DNA of 64,000 bases from an uncultured archaeon (lineage in GTDB: Archaea > Aenigmatarchaeota > Aenigmatarchaeia > CG10238-14), in NCBI GenBank assembly GCA_964392445.1, contig CAYMPD010000002.1:30382-94381 (forward strand). Direction: 5' to 3'. Of this stretch, positions 40,338 to 48,951 are shown piece by piece; the stretch's first letter is position 1, and every line of letters begins with the position of its first letter. Below the pieces are notes generated by a model. That model saw only the letters and a list, made by a program, of their open reading frames with translations. It made no database searches and was not told the origin of the DNA. The position numbers and the translations under genes are program-made.

Positions 40338-41243
40338 TTAACTCTCCCAAAAATTCCCCTTCAACAATTTTCTCCATCTCTTCCTAACTTTCTGTTCCAT
40401 TAACATGATATCCTTTTTCTCAAGATGCTTAAACCTAACTTGTGTTTTTAAATAATCTTCAATAGGTTTCAATTTCCCAGGATTAATAGTTAATCTAAAC
40501 TTACCGTTCTCCATTTCATATAAGGGCCAAAAACCTGTTCCCACAGCAAGTTTACTAGTTTTAATTGTATTATAAGTTTCAAACCCCCATCCTGGCTGAC
40601 AAGGAGTAAGTAAGTCAATGAATTTAGGACCTTTAATCTTAGCTGCTTTCTGAAGTTTTCTAATATAATCAATCGGATAACCAACAGTCGCTGTAGCAAC
40701 ATAAGGAATATCATGGGCAGCAACAATCTTAGTCAAAGGTTTTCTATCTCTAGGATTACCAACACGACTCTTTTTCCCAGGAGGAGTAGTAGTTGTATAT
40801 GCTCCATAAGGAGTTGCAGAAGATCTCTGAACACCTGTATTACCAAAAGACTGATTATTGTAACAAACATAAATAAAATCATCCCCTCTTTCTAAAGCTC
40901 CTGACAAGGATTGCAAACCAATATCATATGTAGCACCGTCACCCGCATAAACAACAACATTAACATTTTTTTTCCTTTTCATTTTTAACGCATGTGAAAT
41001 TCCAGAAGCAACAGCACCACCGTTTTCAATGGCCACATGGATCCATGGAACCTTAAAGGGTGTGTAAGGATAAACAGGAAGTAGTGTCATACAACCAGAA
41101 GCGTTAACAATAATTGTGTTTTTTCCAAGTGCTTTAAGCGTTAATTTTAATCCAAGAACTCCACCACAACCCTGACATGCAGCAGATCCTCCCACTATAA
41201 ATTCTTCCTCAGGAACATCTTTGATTGTTTTTATCTCTTTCAT
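40338..41243 (-). CDS. porB: 2-oxoacid:ferredoxin oxidoreductase, beta (TPP-binding) subunit
   Basis: N-terminal Cys motif SAACQGCGG. TPP-binding motif GDGATYDIG…NNQSFGNTGVQ. Confidence 0.75.
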   Translation of the reverse strand: MKEIKTIKDVPEEEFIVGGSAACQGCGGVLGLKLTLKALGKNTIIVNASGCMTLLPVYPYTPFKVPWIHVAIENGGAVASGISHALKMKRKKNVNVVVYAGDGATYDIGLQSLSGALERGDDFIYVCYNNQSFGNTGVQRSSATPYGAYTTTTPPGKKSRVGNPRDRKPLTKIVAAHDIPYVATATVGYPIDYIRKLQKAAKIKGPKFIDLLTPCQPGWGFETYNTIKTSKLAVGTGFWPLYEMENGKFRLTINPGKLKPIEDYLKTQVRFKHLEKKDIMLMEQKVRKRWRKLLKGNFWES

Positions 41244-41285
41244 GTTAACACTAATAATATTAGGATAAGTAGTTAATAATTGTTT

Positions 41286-41558
41286 TCACAGATTCCTTTC
41301 CAAGGCTCTTTTCAAGAACAAATCCTGAGTTAATCCAGAAAATTTATCAGTGACTCTACCATTCTTCTCAATCACAATCGAAGGAACCTCACCTATACCA
41401 TACTGCTCCACAGTTCTTTTGTTTTCTTCCATGTTTATTTTCTCTACTTCCACTTTTTTCTTCATCTGAATTTCAAGATTTTTCAAAAGTTCGGCTTGTA
41501 CCTTAGAAGGGCCATCATCCTTTTTATAAAAAAACAATATTTTTATCATATCAATCAC
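41286..41558 (-). CDS. Thioredoxin-fold protein with a degenerate (non-CxxC) active site
   Basis: 90 aa. The beta1 strand ILFFYKKDDGPS replaces the CxxC position. A cis-Pro strand (EVPSIVIEKNGRV) is present. Confidence 0.4.
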   Translation of the reverse strand: MIDMIKILFFYKKDDGPSKVQAELLKNLEIQMKKKVEVEKINMEENKRTVEQYGIGEVPSIVIEKNGRVTDKFSGLTQDLFLKRALERNL

Positions 41559-41594
41559 TAAAGTTTATTTCTTCGGAAGACTTAAATAATACCT

Positions 41595-42707
41595 ATGGTT
41601 AACGAAAGAGCAATCATCTGTATAGACTGTGGAAAAGAATATGATGAGGAAACAAACATCTTCCATTGTCCTGAGTGCGGGGGACCTTTAGATATACTTT
41701 ATGATTACAAAAAAGTTAAGAAAAGTTTAGATAAATCAAAATTTCTTCAAGAACCAGTCAATCACTGGAAATATTGGATGTTCTACCCGGTACCACCCGA
41801 ACAAAAAATAACCATGAATGAAGGAGGAACACCACTGATAAAATCTAAACTGTTCGAAAATACCTGGTTTAAATACGAAGCCACTAACCCCACAGGTTCA
41901 TTTAAAGACAGAGGATCAACAATAGAAGTAACTAGAGCAAGAGAAATAGGTGTAAAAAGAGTTTGTTGTGCTTCAACTGGTAACATGGGTGCTTCTGTCG
42001 CCGCTTATTGTGCAAGGGCAGGGATAAGATGTAGAATATTCCTTTCAGGTACTGCATGTAGAAATAAGTTAAAACAAATCAAAGCTCATGGTGCAGAGAT
42101 ACATCAAGTGAACGGAGATTACATCGAAGCCTTAGAAAAATGTGAAGAATTTGCCAAGAAAAACAACTGGTATCTAATGGGGGACTATCCTTATCGAGGT
42201 GAAGGAGAAAAATCAGTGGCGTTTGAAATAGCCGACCAAATGAACTGGTCAGTCCCAGATTTTGTTTTAACACCTATGGGAAATGGAACACTAATTTACG
42301 CCATGTATGACGGTTTTCAAGAACTTAAAACATTAGAACTAACAACTAAAATCCCAACAATAATAGGATTTCAGTCAGAAGGTTGCTCCCCAATAGTTAA
42401 TTCTTTCAAAAATAATCTAAAAAAAGTAGAGCCAGTAAAAGATGCAAAGACCCTTGCAACAGCAATAGAATGCGGAGACCCAATAGATGGAAATAAAGCT
42501 TTGATAGCATTAAGAGAGTCTGGGGGATTTGCAGAATCATTAGCAGACGAGGAAATACTAGAGGCCCAGATCTTTTTAGCAAGGGAAGAAGGTCTTTTCG
42601 TCGAACCTTCAGGTGCGGTATCTGTAGCAGGATTCCAAAAAATCAAACAAAAATTAGGTGGAAGAATAGTTTGTATACTAACAGGTCATGGGCTAAAAGA
42701 CCTATAA
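41595..42707 (+). CDS. thrC: Threonine synthase (PLP fold-type II) with N-terminal zinc ribbon
   Basis: N-terminal ribbon CIDCG…CPECG. PLP-Lys motif NPTGSFKDRGS. Gly-rich loop GNMGAS. Confidence 0.65.
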   Translation: MVNERAIICIDCGKEYDEETNIFHCPECGGPLDILYDYKKVKKSLDKSKFLQEPVNHWKYWMFYPVPPEQKITMNEGGTPLIKSKLFENTWFKYEATNPTGSFKDRGSTIEVTRAREIGVKRVCCASTGNMGASVAAYCARAGIRCRIFLSGTACRNKLKQIKAHGAEIHQVNGDYIEALEKCEEFAKKNNWYLMGDYPYRGEGEKSVAFEIADQMNWSVPDFVLTPMGNGTLIYAMYDGFQELKTLELTTKIPTIIGFQSEGCSPIVNSFKNNLKKVEPVKDAKTLATAIECGDPIDGNKALIALRESGGFAESLADEEILEAQIFLAREEGLFVEPSGAVSVAGFQKIKQKLGGRIVCILTGHGLKDL

Positions 42708-42752
42708 TTAAAAATATTTAACAATAAAATCAGAAGTATTAAGCGTGATATA

Positions 42753-43085
42753 ATGAAAAAGAAAATTATTTTTATGACATTTTCAGTTTTAGTCGTCCTT
42801 TTCTTGGTCTGGGTATTCTCTTCTTTTGATCTTTACTGGTTTTTAAGATATGGTGGTAAAGTTGTTGGTAAACAAAAATCTTTTTGTTATGACACAGATG
42901 ATGATTTGGCCTTCTACGATAAGGCTGTAGTATATGGTCTTTCATCTGGAGGGGTTGATTATAGATATTTTGATTCTTGTTTAGATGATCACACTCTTCA
43001 GGAGTGGAGATGTGTTAATTTAGAACCAGATTTCAGTTTTTTTGAATGTCCTAATGGTTGTCTTAACGGGAGATGCAAGATTTAA
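42753..43085 (+). CDS. Small secreted Cys-containing protein
   Basis: 110 aa with an N-terminal signal/TM segment and six Cys in the C-terminal half. Confidence 0.4.
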   Translation: MKKKIIFMTFSVLVVLFLVWVFSSFDLYWFLRYGGKVVGKQKSFCYDTDDDLAFYDKAVVYGLSSGGVDYRYFDSCLDDHTLQEWRCVNLEPDFSFFECPNGCLNGRCKI

Positions 43086-44240
43086 TTACTTTTGAAATAA
43101 TATTTCAATCACATCATTATTTTGAAGTTCATAGCCTGCCCCTAATTTTATTTTCTTCTTAGCATCTAAACCTCCGATAAATTTCTCACCAATATCAGAA
43201 TGTATCATGAATGCAAATTCTTTCAAAGTAGTCCCCCTTTTCGCCAAATAAGCATCTGGTAAAACATTGCCTTTTTTGTCCGTCAATTTATTAACATCAG
43301 CAACAGGATAAACAACAATATAGTCCAGAACACCAAAAACAGATGTATTCAGACATTCCTGAATACCAGTTGAACCATATTTCTCCAAAATATTTTTTTC
43401 GATGAATTCCAAACCTTTCCTTTGTTTATCTACTATCTCTCCTTTAATTTCTATTTCATCTTCATAATATTTTATCTTCTCTTTTTTTGCCGCGGTCTTT
43501 AAAGCAATTTCGGCGGTTGCGCAGGTTGGGATTATTGTTAGGTCAGGAAATTCTTTTTTCATTTTCTCATAATTTTCCTTTGAGGATGGGAGATCAATTT
43601 TATTAGCTGCAATTATAATCGGTTTTGTAAGTCTTCTTAATTCACTTGCGAATTCTTTGACATTCTTCGGCTTAATCTTTTCTGACGTTTGTTTAATCTG
43701 TTCTTTGGTTATACTTAGTCCAGTTAACTGATCTGACAAAACATCAATCAAATCCACTTTTCCGAATTTTGTCTTTCTATTATATTTTTCCAGGGCACGT
43801 TCAATTATTTTTGAAAACCAGAGATCTATTTCCCTCTCCAGAAATTTAACATCTTCTGTTGGATCATGGTCTTTTGTGGGTTTACCTTCAGGTCCCGTTA
43901 ACCCCGAACAATCAACAATGTGAATCAAACAATCGGCCTCTCTAATATCGTCCAAAAATTGATTACCCATACCTTTGCCCAAATGAGCATCTGGAACCAA
44001 GCCAGCAACATCAATCAATTTAACCGGTATAAACCTCTTTCCGTCAACACACATAGAGTTCTTAGGATTACATTCAACATCATAATCTCTACAAACACAT
44101 TCAGTGACCACATACCCCATCCCTATATTCGGTTGAATAGTTGTAAAAGGGTAATCGGCTATATCCACATCTAACATTGTCGCTGCTTTAAAAAACGAAC
44201 TTTTTCCTGATGATGGTTTTCCCACAAGGCCAATTTGCAT
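43086..44240 (-). CDS. OBG-superfamily GTPase of the YchF/Ygr210 type with C-terminal TGS domain
   Basis: G1 is [10 protein letters not shown]2 is YPFTT. G3 is DVAGL. The C-terminus is a TGS-like domain. Confidence 0.7.
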   Translation of the reverse strand: MQIGLVGKPSSGKSSFFKAATMLDVDIADYPFTTIQPNIGMGYVVTECVCRDYDVECNPKNSMCVDGKRFIPVKLIDVAGLVPDAHLGKGMGNQFLDDIREADCLIHIVDCSGLTGPEGKPTKDHDPTEDVKFLEREIDLWFSKIIERALEKYNRKTKFGKVDLIDVLSDQLTGLSITKEQIKQTSEKIKPKNVKEFASELRRLTKPIIIAANKIDLPSSKENYEKMKKEFPDLTIIPTCATAEIALKTAAKKEKIKYYEDEIEIKGEIVDKQRKGLEFIEKNILEKYGSTGIQECLNTSVFGVLDYIVVYPVADVNKLTDKKGNVLPDAYLAKRGTTLKEFAFMIHSDIGEKFIGGLDAKKKIKLGAGYELQNNDVIEILFQK

Positions 44241-44303
44241 AATTATCTGTAAAATTATTTGTTAATATACTTTTTATAAACCCTCGTTCACATTTATTTA
44301 ACT

Positions 44304-44684
44304 ATGACTAACAAAGGTGTATCTGCAATAATAGCCACTATACTTCTTTTGTTGATAGCAATAGGATTGTCAGGTACTGCTTACATATATTTTTCAGGTA
44401 TGGTAAGTGGTAGGACTCAAAAAGCTATATCAATTTCTGATGCTCATTGTAATGGTACTCATGTGACCATGGTAGTTTCAAACGATGGTACGGTGGATAT
44501 AGCAGATTCAGATATCACTGTTTTAATAGATAATGAAGATGTATCGGGTGACTTCGCATTTGGTACAATATCTCCACATGATGTTTCAACAGTAACTTCG
44601 ACAGGTTCAGGACTTAGTTCAGAACAACATACACTTCTAGTGGTATCACCGGCTAATACTGTAAGACAGGTCGTTTATTGTTAA
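44304..44684 (+). CDS. Archaeal type IV pilin-like protein (class III signal peptide)
   Basis: The N-terminus MTNKGVSAIIATILLLLIAIGLSG has a basic residue and Gly followed by a hydrophobic stretch, typical of prepilin-peptidase substrates. Confidence 0.55.
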   Translation: MTNKGVSAIIATILLLLIAIGLSGTAYIYFSGMVSGRTQKAISISDAHCNGTHVTMVVSNDGTVDIADSDITVLIDNEDVSGDFAFGTISPHDVSTVTSTGSGLSSEQHTLLVVSPANTVRQVVYC

Positions 44685-44751
44685 TACCATAAAATGAACT
44701 TTTAAACACCCAATTTTCACTAATTAATCTTTTTTCTACTAAATAATTACT

Positions 44752-45192
44752 ATGTTTCCGATAGAGACGAGTAAAGCTAATCTCAAAAGAATCGATTATG
44801 ATATACTAGACTTCTTAGAATATCCAAAAACCTTGGAAGAGCTCAAGGAAAGATTTCCTCAAATAAACATTACAGTCAAGGTTATTCAATTTTTAGAGAA
44901 AGGATTAATAGAAGAAAAAAAGGAAAAATATGTTTCTAGGTTCCATACAGAGCAAGTAAAAAGAATTATAGAAAGATCAAAAACATCAGAGGAAATAAAA
45001 AAGAATTTCCATTTTTTCCTTACGCAAATAGATAACCCGTTCGTCAGGCAGAATGTTTTTGATACTGACGCAAGAGAAAAATCACATTTGGTTTTTTCAA
45101 TGATGACCAAGTCTATAAATCAGAATCTAAACAGATTAGAAATTAAAAAAATGAAAGCGAATATGGAAGATCTGATGGATAAGTTGAGATAA
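44752..45192 (+). CDS. Hypothetical protein
   Basis: 146-aa ORF with no TM segment and no recognisable motif. Confidence 0.35.
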   Translation: MFPIETSKANLKRIDYDILDFLEYPKTLEELKERFPQINITVKVIQFLEKGLIEEKKEKYVSRFHTEQVKRIIERSKTSEEIKKNFHFFLTQIDNPFVRQNVFDTDAREKSHLVFSMMTKSINQNLNRLEIKKMKANMEDLMDKLR

Positions 45193-45193
45193 A

Positions 45194-47104
45194 TTACTCC
45201 ACTCTTGTCCCGTCTTTAACTTCTTTATCTGGCTTTAAACAAACTACTTTTTCCTCATCTCCTTCCACTGCTGCTAGTATCATTGCCTGCGATTCCACAC
45301 CCATAAGTTTAGTGTGTTCAAGGTTCGTCATAAATACCCACTGCTCTTCAACTAATTCTTTTGGTTTGTAATGTGGATACAGTCCTGCTACCACTTGTCT
45401 TTGAAAATCACCGAAGTTAACTTGCATTTTGATTAGTTTTTTAGAACCTTCAACTCTTTCTGCTTCTTTGACATTTCCTACTCTAAATTCCATTTTTTTA
45501 AAATCTTTGAATGATATCATATCTTTTTCGCCCTCCTCAGTATTATCATCTTCAATTTCTATTTTCTTAAACAATATCTCAGGTTTATTAATCTTATGGC
45601 TACTTTTAATCTTGAGCTTGGATGCCATCGACCAAACATCTCCTACAGGTTTACCACCGAGGTTCAACTGAGACCACAATTTCCTAGAGGATTTAGGTAA
45701 ATAAGGATAAAGAAGAATACTCAGTGATCGACAAACATTAGCACACAAATAAAGAACAGTCCCACATCTTTCCTTGTTGGTTTTCACAAGTTCCCATGGT
45801 TTGTTCTCTTGGAAGTATTTGTTTCCATGAGCAGATAACTCAAGTATTTTTTTCAAGACTTCTTTTAGTTCTATCTTTTCAATTAATTCTCTTGTTTCTT
45901 TTGTCGTTACTTTGATTTGATTTATCAATTCCTCATCAGACTTACTCAGCTCACCATGTTCAGGTATAACCCCGTCAAAATATCTATCAATAAACGATAA
46001 TGTCCTGTAAACAAAATTACCAATATTAGCAACTAGTTCATTGTTAACCCTTTCTATCAAAGCCTTTTCTGAAAAATCACCATCACTAAAGGGAGGAATT
46101 TCTCTCAACATAAAATATCTAAGAGAATCTAAACCATATTTATCGATAATTTTATTCGGGTCTATAACATTTCCTAGAGATTTACTCAATTTATGGCCGT
46201 CTACGGTAACGTATCCATGAACAAAAATAGATTTTGGCAATTTTAAACCCGCTGATAATAACATAGCAGGCCAATAAACCGCATGGAATCTTATTATCCC
46301 TTTCCCAATTACATGGATATCAGCAGGCCAATATTTTTCGAATAATTCACCATCTGAACCATATCCTAAACCTGAAATATAATTGATTAAAGCGTCAAAC
46401 CACACATAAATCATCTGGCTATCGTCACCAGGCACAGGAATACCCCAACCTTTCATCCTCTCAGTTGGACGAGAAACACTGAAATCTTCTAAACCAGAAC
46501 GAATAAAACTTAGAATCTCATTTTTTCTTGTTTCAGGGATAATCTTTAATTCATCACTTTCTATTAACTTCTCGAGTTTTTCCTGGTATTTTGACAATCT
46601 AAAGAAATAATTTTGCTCAGTAACTTTTTCTGGTGGCTTTTTATGTTCAGGGCAGACTCCATCTACCAAATCCTTCTCAGTTACAAAAGCCTCACAACCT
46701 ACACAGTAAAGCCCTTCATAACTTTTCTTGTAAATATCTCCAGCTTTAACACACCTTTCCCAAATTTTCTTAGCACCCGGCCAATGTCTTTTCTTATCAG
46801 TCGTTCGAATAAAACCATCGTAAGAAATATTTAGATTGTCAATAGTTTTTTTGAAAAATTCAGTGTTTTTATCGACCAATTCTTGAACATTCATATCCTT
46901 TTTCTCAGCCGCTAGAACGTTTTTTTGTGCATTTTCATCAGTTCCTGTTAGGAAGAACACATCTTCACCTAATGACCTATGAAATCTTGCTAAGCAATCA
47001 GTTTGTAGAAATTCTAATGCATGACCAACATGTGGTGGTGCGTTAACATACGGAATAGCCGTAGTTATGTAGTATTTTTCGTTAAGTTTAGACACCTCGC
47101 TCAT
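45194..47104 (-). CDS. metG: Methionyl-tRNA synthetase with C-terminal tRNA-binding (EMAP-like) domain
   Basis: HIGH motif (PHVGH). KMSKS motif (KLSKSLGN). Zn-knuckle CxxC…C. The C-terminus is an OB-fold tRNA-binding domain. Confidence 0.9.
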   Translation of the reverse strand: MSEVSKLNEKYYITTAIPYVNAPPHVGHALEFLQTDCLARFHRSLGEDVFFLTGTDENAQKNVLAAEKKDMNVQELVDKNTEFFKKTIDNLNISYDGFIRTTDKKRHWPGAKKIWERCVKAGDIYKKSYEGLYCVGCEAFVTEKDLVDGVCPEHKKPPEKVTEQNYFFRLSKYQEKLEKLIESDELKIIPETRKNEILSFIRSGLEDFSVSRPTERMKGWGIPVPGDDSQMIYVWFDALINYISGLGYGSDGELFEKYWPADIHVIGKGIIRFHAVYWPAMLLSAGLKLPKSIFVHGYVTVDGHKLSKSLGNVIDPNKIIDKYGLDSLRYFMLREIPPFSDGDFSEKALIERVNNELVANIGNFVYRTLSFIDRYFDGVIPEHGELSKSDEELINQIKVTTKETRELIEKIELKEVLKKILELSAHGNKYFQENKPWELVKTNKERCGTVLYLCANVCRSLSILLYPYLPKSSRKLWSQLNLGGKPVGDVWSMASKLKIKSSHKINKPEILFKKIEIEDDNTEEGEKDMISFKDFKKMEFRVGNVKEAERVEGSKKLIKMQVNFGDFQRQVVAGLYPHYKPKELVEEQWVFMTNLEHTKLMGVESQAMILAAVEGDEEKVVCLKPDKEVKDGTRVE

Positions 47105-47144
47105 AGCATTAATTATGGTAATTCTAGTAATTTAAGGTATTTAT

Positions 47145-47405
47145 TTGTTATCAATATTTAAGTTTAACCTGTCATTTCATCTGTTTATGCCAGAAGTTTA
47201 CGAATGTGTAGAAATAATCCGTTTAGGTGAACTTAGAGAAACAATAAGGAGATACGAGAACAAGGATTATCAAGTTTTTATGGGACCTGAAGCTAAATTA
47301 GGTGAAAAAGTAAATATATCAAGAACGAAACTTTTCCCTTTAGAAATGGCTTTGAGAGATAGTAGTTCAACAGATTCTCCAATTTATTTGTATAAAAGAC
47401 GTTGA
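47145..47405 (+). CDS. Hypothetical small protein
   Basis: 86-aa ORF. Confidence 0.25.
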   Translation: MLSIFKFNLSFHLFMPEVYECVEIIRLGELRETIRRYENKDYQVFMGPEAKLGEKVNISRTKLFPLEMALRDSSSTDSPIYLYKRR

Positions 47406-47444
47406 TAATAAATTAAATTCCTTCTTCACTAATATAATTCTTAC

Positions 47445-48548
47445 ATGAAAGAATTCCAAAAAAAACTTGGTGAGATAGTACAGAAAATCAATTACATAGA
47501 ATCAAGAAGAATAAAGTTCAGTAAATTTCTCCGAAAGATCAACAATGATTTCGAAATAGGTCCTAACAAAGAAATAAAAGAGAAAAATATAATCAACAAG
47601 GTTAACGAGAATTTTCCTGATAGAATTAGTGTTCTGGGTGTTGATGGTGGTATAGTCAAGCATAGTTATCATGGTTTAGACTTAATCCTAATGCGTGCGG
47701 CCGGAGTAAATTTTATCTATAATCAAGGTAAGTTAGACAAAGTAAATTATTTTCCTTCTTCCAATCCTCTATCTACCCCAAAAATGTTAATGGAACCTTT
47801 TTCTGATACTGAATTGAATACTTGTTATAATTTCGAGAGACAAATCATGGAAATAGATTCAACTATACAGGCTATTAAAAAACTCAAACCTGACATGGTA
47901 TTCTTGGATGGTTCAGTAATTCCACATTATGTTAACAAACCTGATAATCATAAACTTAAGCACTATTACGAAAGAATGGTAGAAAAGTACAAGGAATTAT
48001 TTAAAACAACCAAAGATCAAGAGACAATCCTTTCCGGAGTAATCGAGGATAGTCGAGGAGTTAAATTCTGTGATATACTAACCAGAAGAATAATGTCGGA
48101 GATGGGTTCAGAGCTTTCGGAAGAACTTCAGGGAATTTTGGAAAAAACCAAAGACAGTAATCTTTTGTTCTACACTTTGAAAAAGGGCGAAAGAACCTGT
48201 GTATTTAATTATTCTCAGAGGCCTAGCACTCACCCGATTTTAAAAGAATTTGAGGATATGAGGGATTCCTTCTTTAGTTTTTACATTAAAACAGTAGAAT
48301 TTGATCGACCAATAAGGGTTGATTTTTTGAGTTTTGGAGACACCTTGAGGACAACTGATAGAATTTCTAGTGTTCTTTTGAAAACTTCTGGTCATGCTGG
48401 TTATGGTTTACCCGCGGTTCTAATAGAGGCAGATCAAAGGGCAAAACTAAGTGAGAAAGACATTGACATATTCTACTCGGACATAGTAAGACAGGTTGGG
48501 AATGTTTCTAGTTTGTTCAAGATGAGAAGAGAGATGAGACCTTTTTAA
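47445..48548 (+). CDS. nurA: NurA-like 5'-3' nuclease
   Basis: The motif RISVLGVDGGIV matches NurA motif I (xxDGS). Size (367 aa) and an acidic-residue pattern (FLDGSVIP) are consistent. No herA, mre11 or rad50 lies adjacent. Confidence 0.45.
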   Translation: MKEFQKKLGEIVQKINYIESRRIKFSKFLRKINNDFEIGPNKEIKEKNIINKVNENFPDRISVLGVDGGIVKHSYHGLDLILMRAAGVNFIYNQGKLDKVNYFPSSNPLSTPKMLMEPFSDTELNTCYNFERQIMEIDSTIQAIKKLKPDMVFLDGSVIPHYVNKPDNHKLKHYYERMVEKYKELFKTTKDQETILSGVIEDSRGVKFCDILTRRIMSEMGSELSEELQGILEKTKDSNLLFYTLKKGERTCVFNYSQRPSTHPILKEFEDMRDSFFSFYIKTVEFDRPIRVDFLSFGDTLRTTDRISSVLLKTSGHAGYGLPAVLIEADQRAKLSEKDIDIFYSDIVRQVGNVSSLFKMRREMRPF

Positions 48549-48596
48549 CTGAATTTCTTTTCACCCAAGCGACTTTATCAAAACCACTATCATTAT

Positions 48597-48881
48597 GGTA
48601 GACCTACTCAAGTATTAACAGATTAAGGAACTCGATTCATCAGTCCGAGAGGAGGGATTACTATTCTCACTAATTTTGTACTGATAATGGGATAAAACAT
48701 ATCAAAATTAGTAAAAGAAGGTATACGATTATTAATAAAGTAGAAAGATGGCATAGAAATTATGAGGAAAAGTATTACAAGTACAAGACACTTAGGTGGT
48801 TTGTTTACTATTACAACTTCAAAAGACCTCATCAATCATTAGGTTATTTAACTCCATCAGAAGTATATTTAACAAAGGACT
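48597..48881 (+). pseudogene. Truncated, degraded IS transposase (rve/integrase-core C-terminal fragment)
   Basis: Translation gives …VLTD*GTRFIS…, the rve 'TDnGseF' motif with an in-frame stop. A later frame gives IKISKRRYTIINKVERWHRNYEEKY…YYYNFKRPHQSLGYLTPSEVY. This is the characteristic C-terminus of DDE integrase-core transposases (…ERWHRTLK…YNxxRPHxSLGYxTPxE). No N-terminal or catalytic half is present. Confidence 0.6.
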
Positions 48882-48951
48882 GACATATGTGGTGAGTTAG
48901 TACAAAAAAATAGGTACAAAAGTATATTAATTCATAAAAATAAAAATCTAA

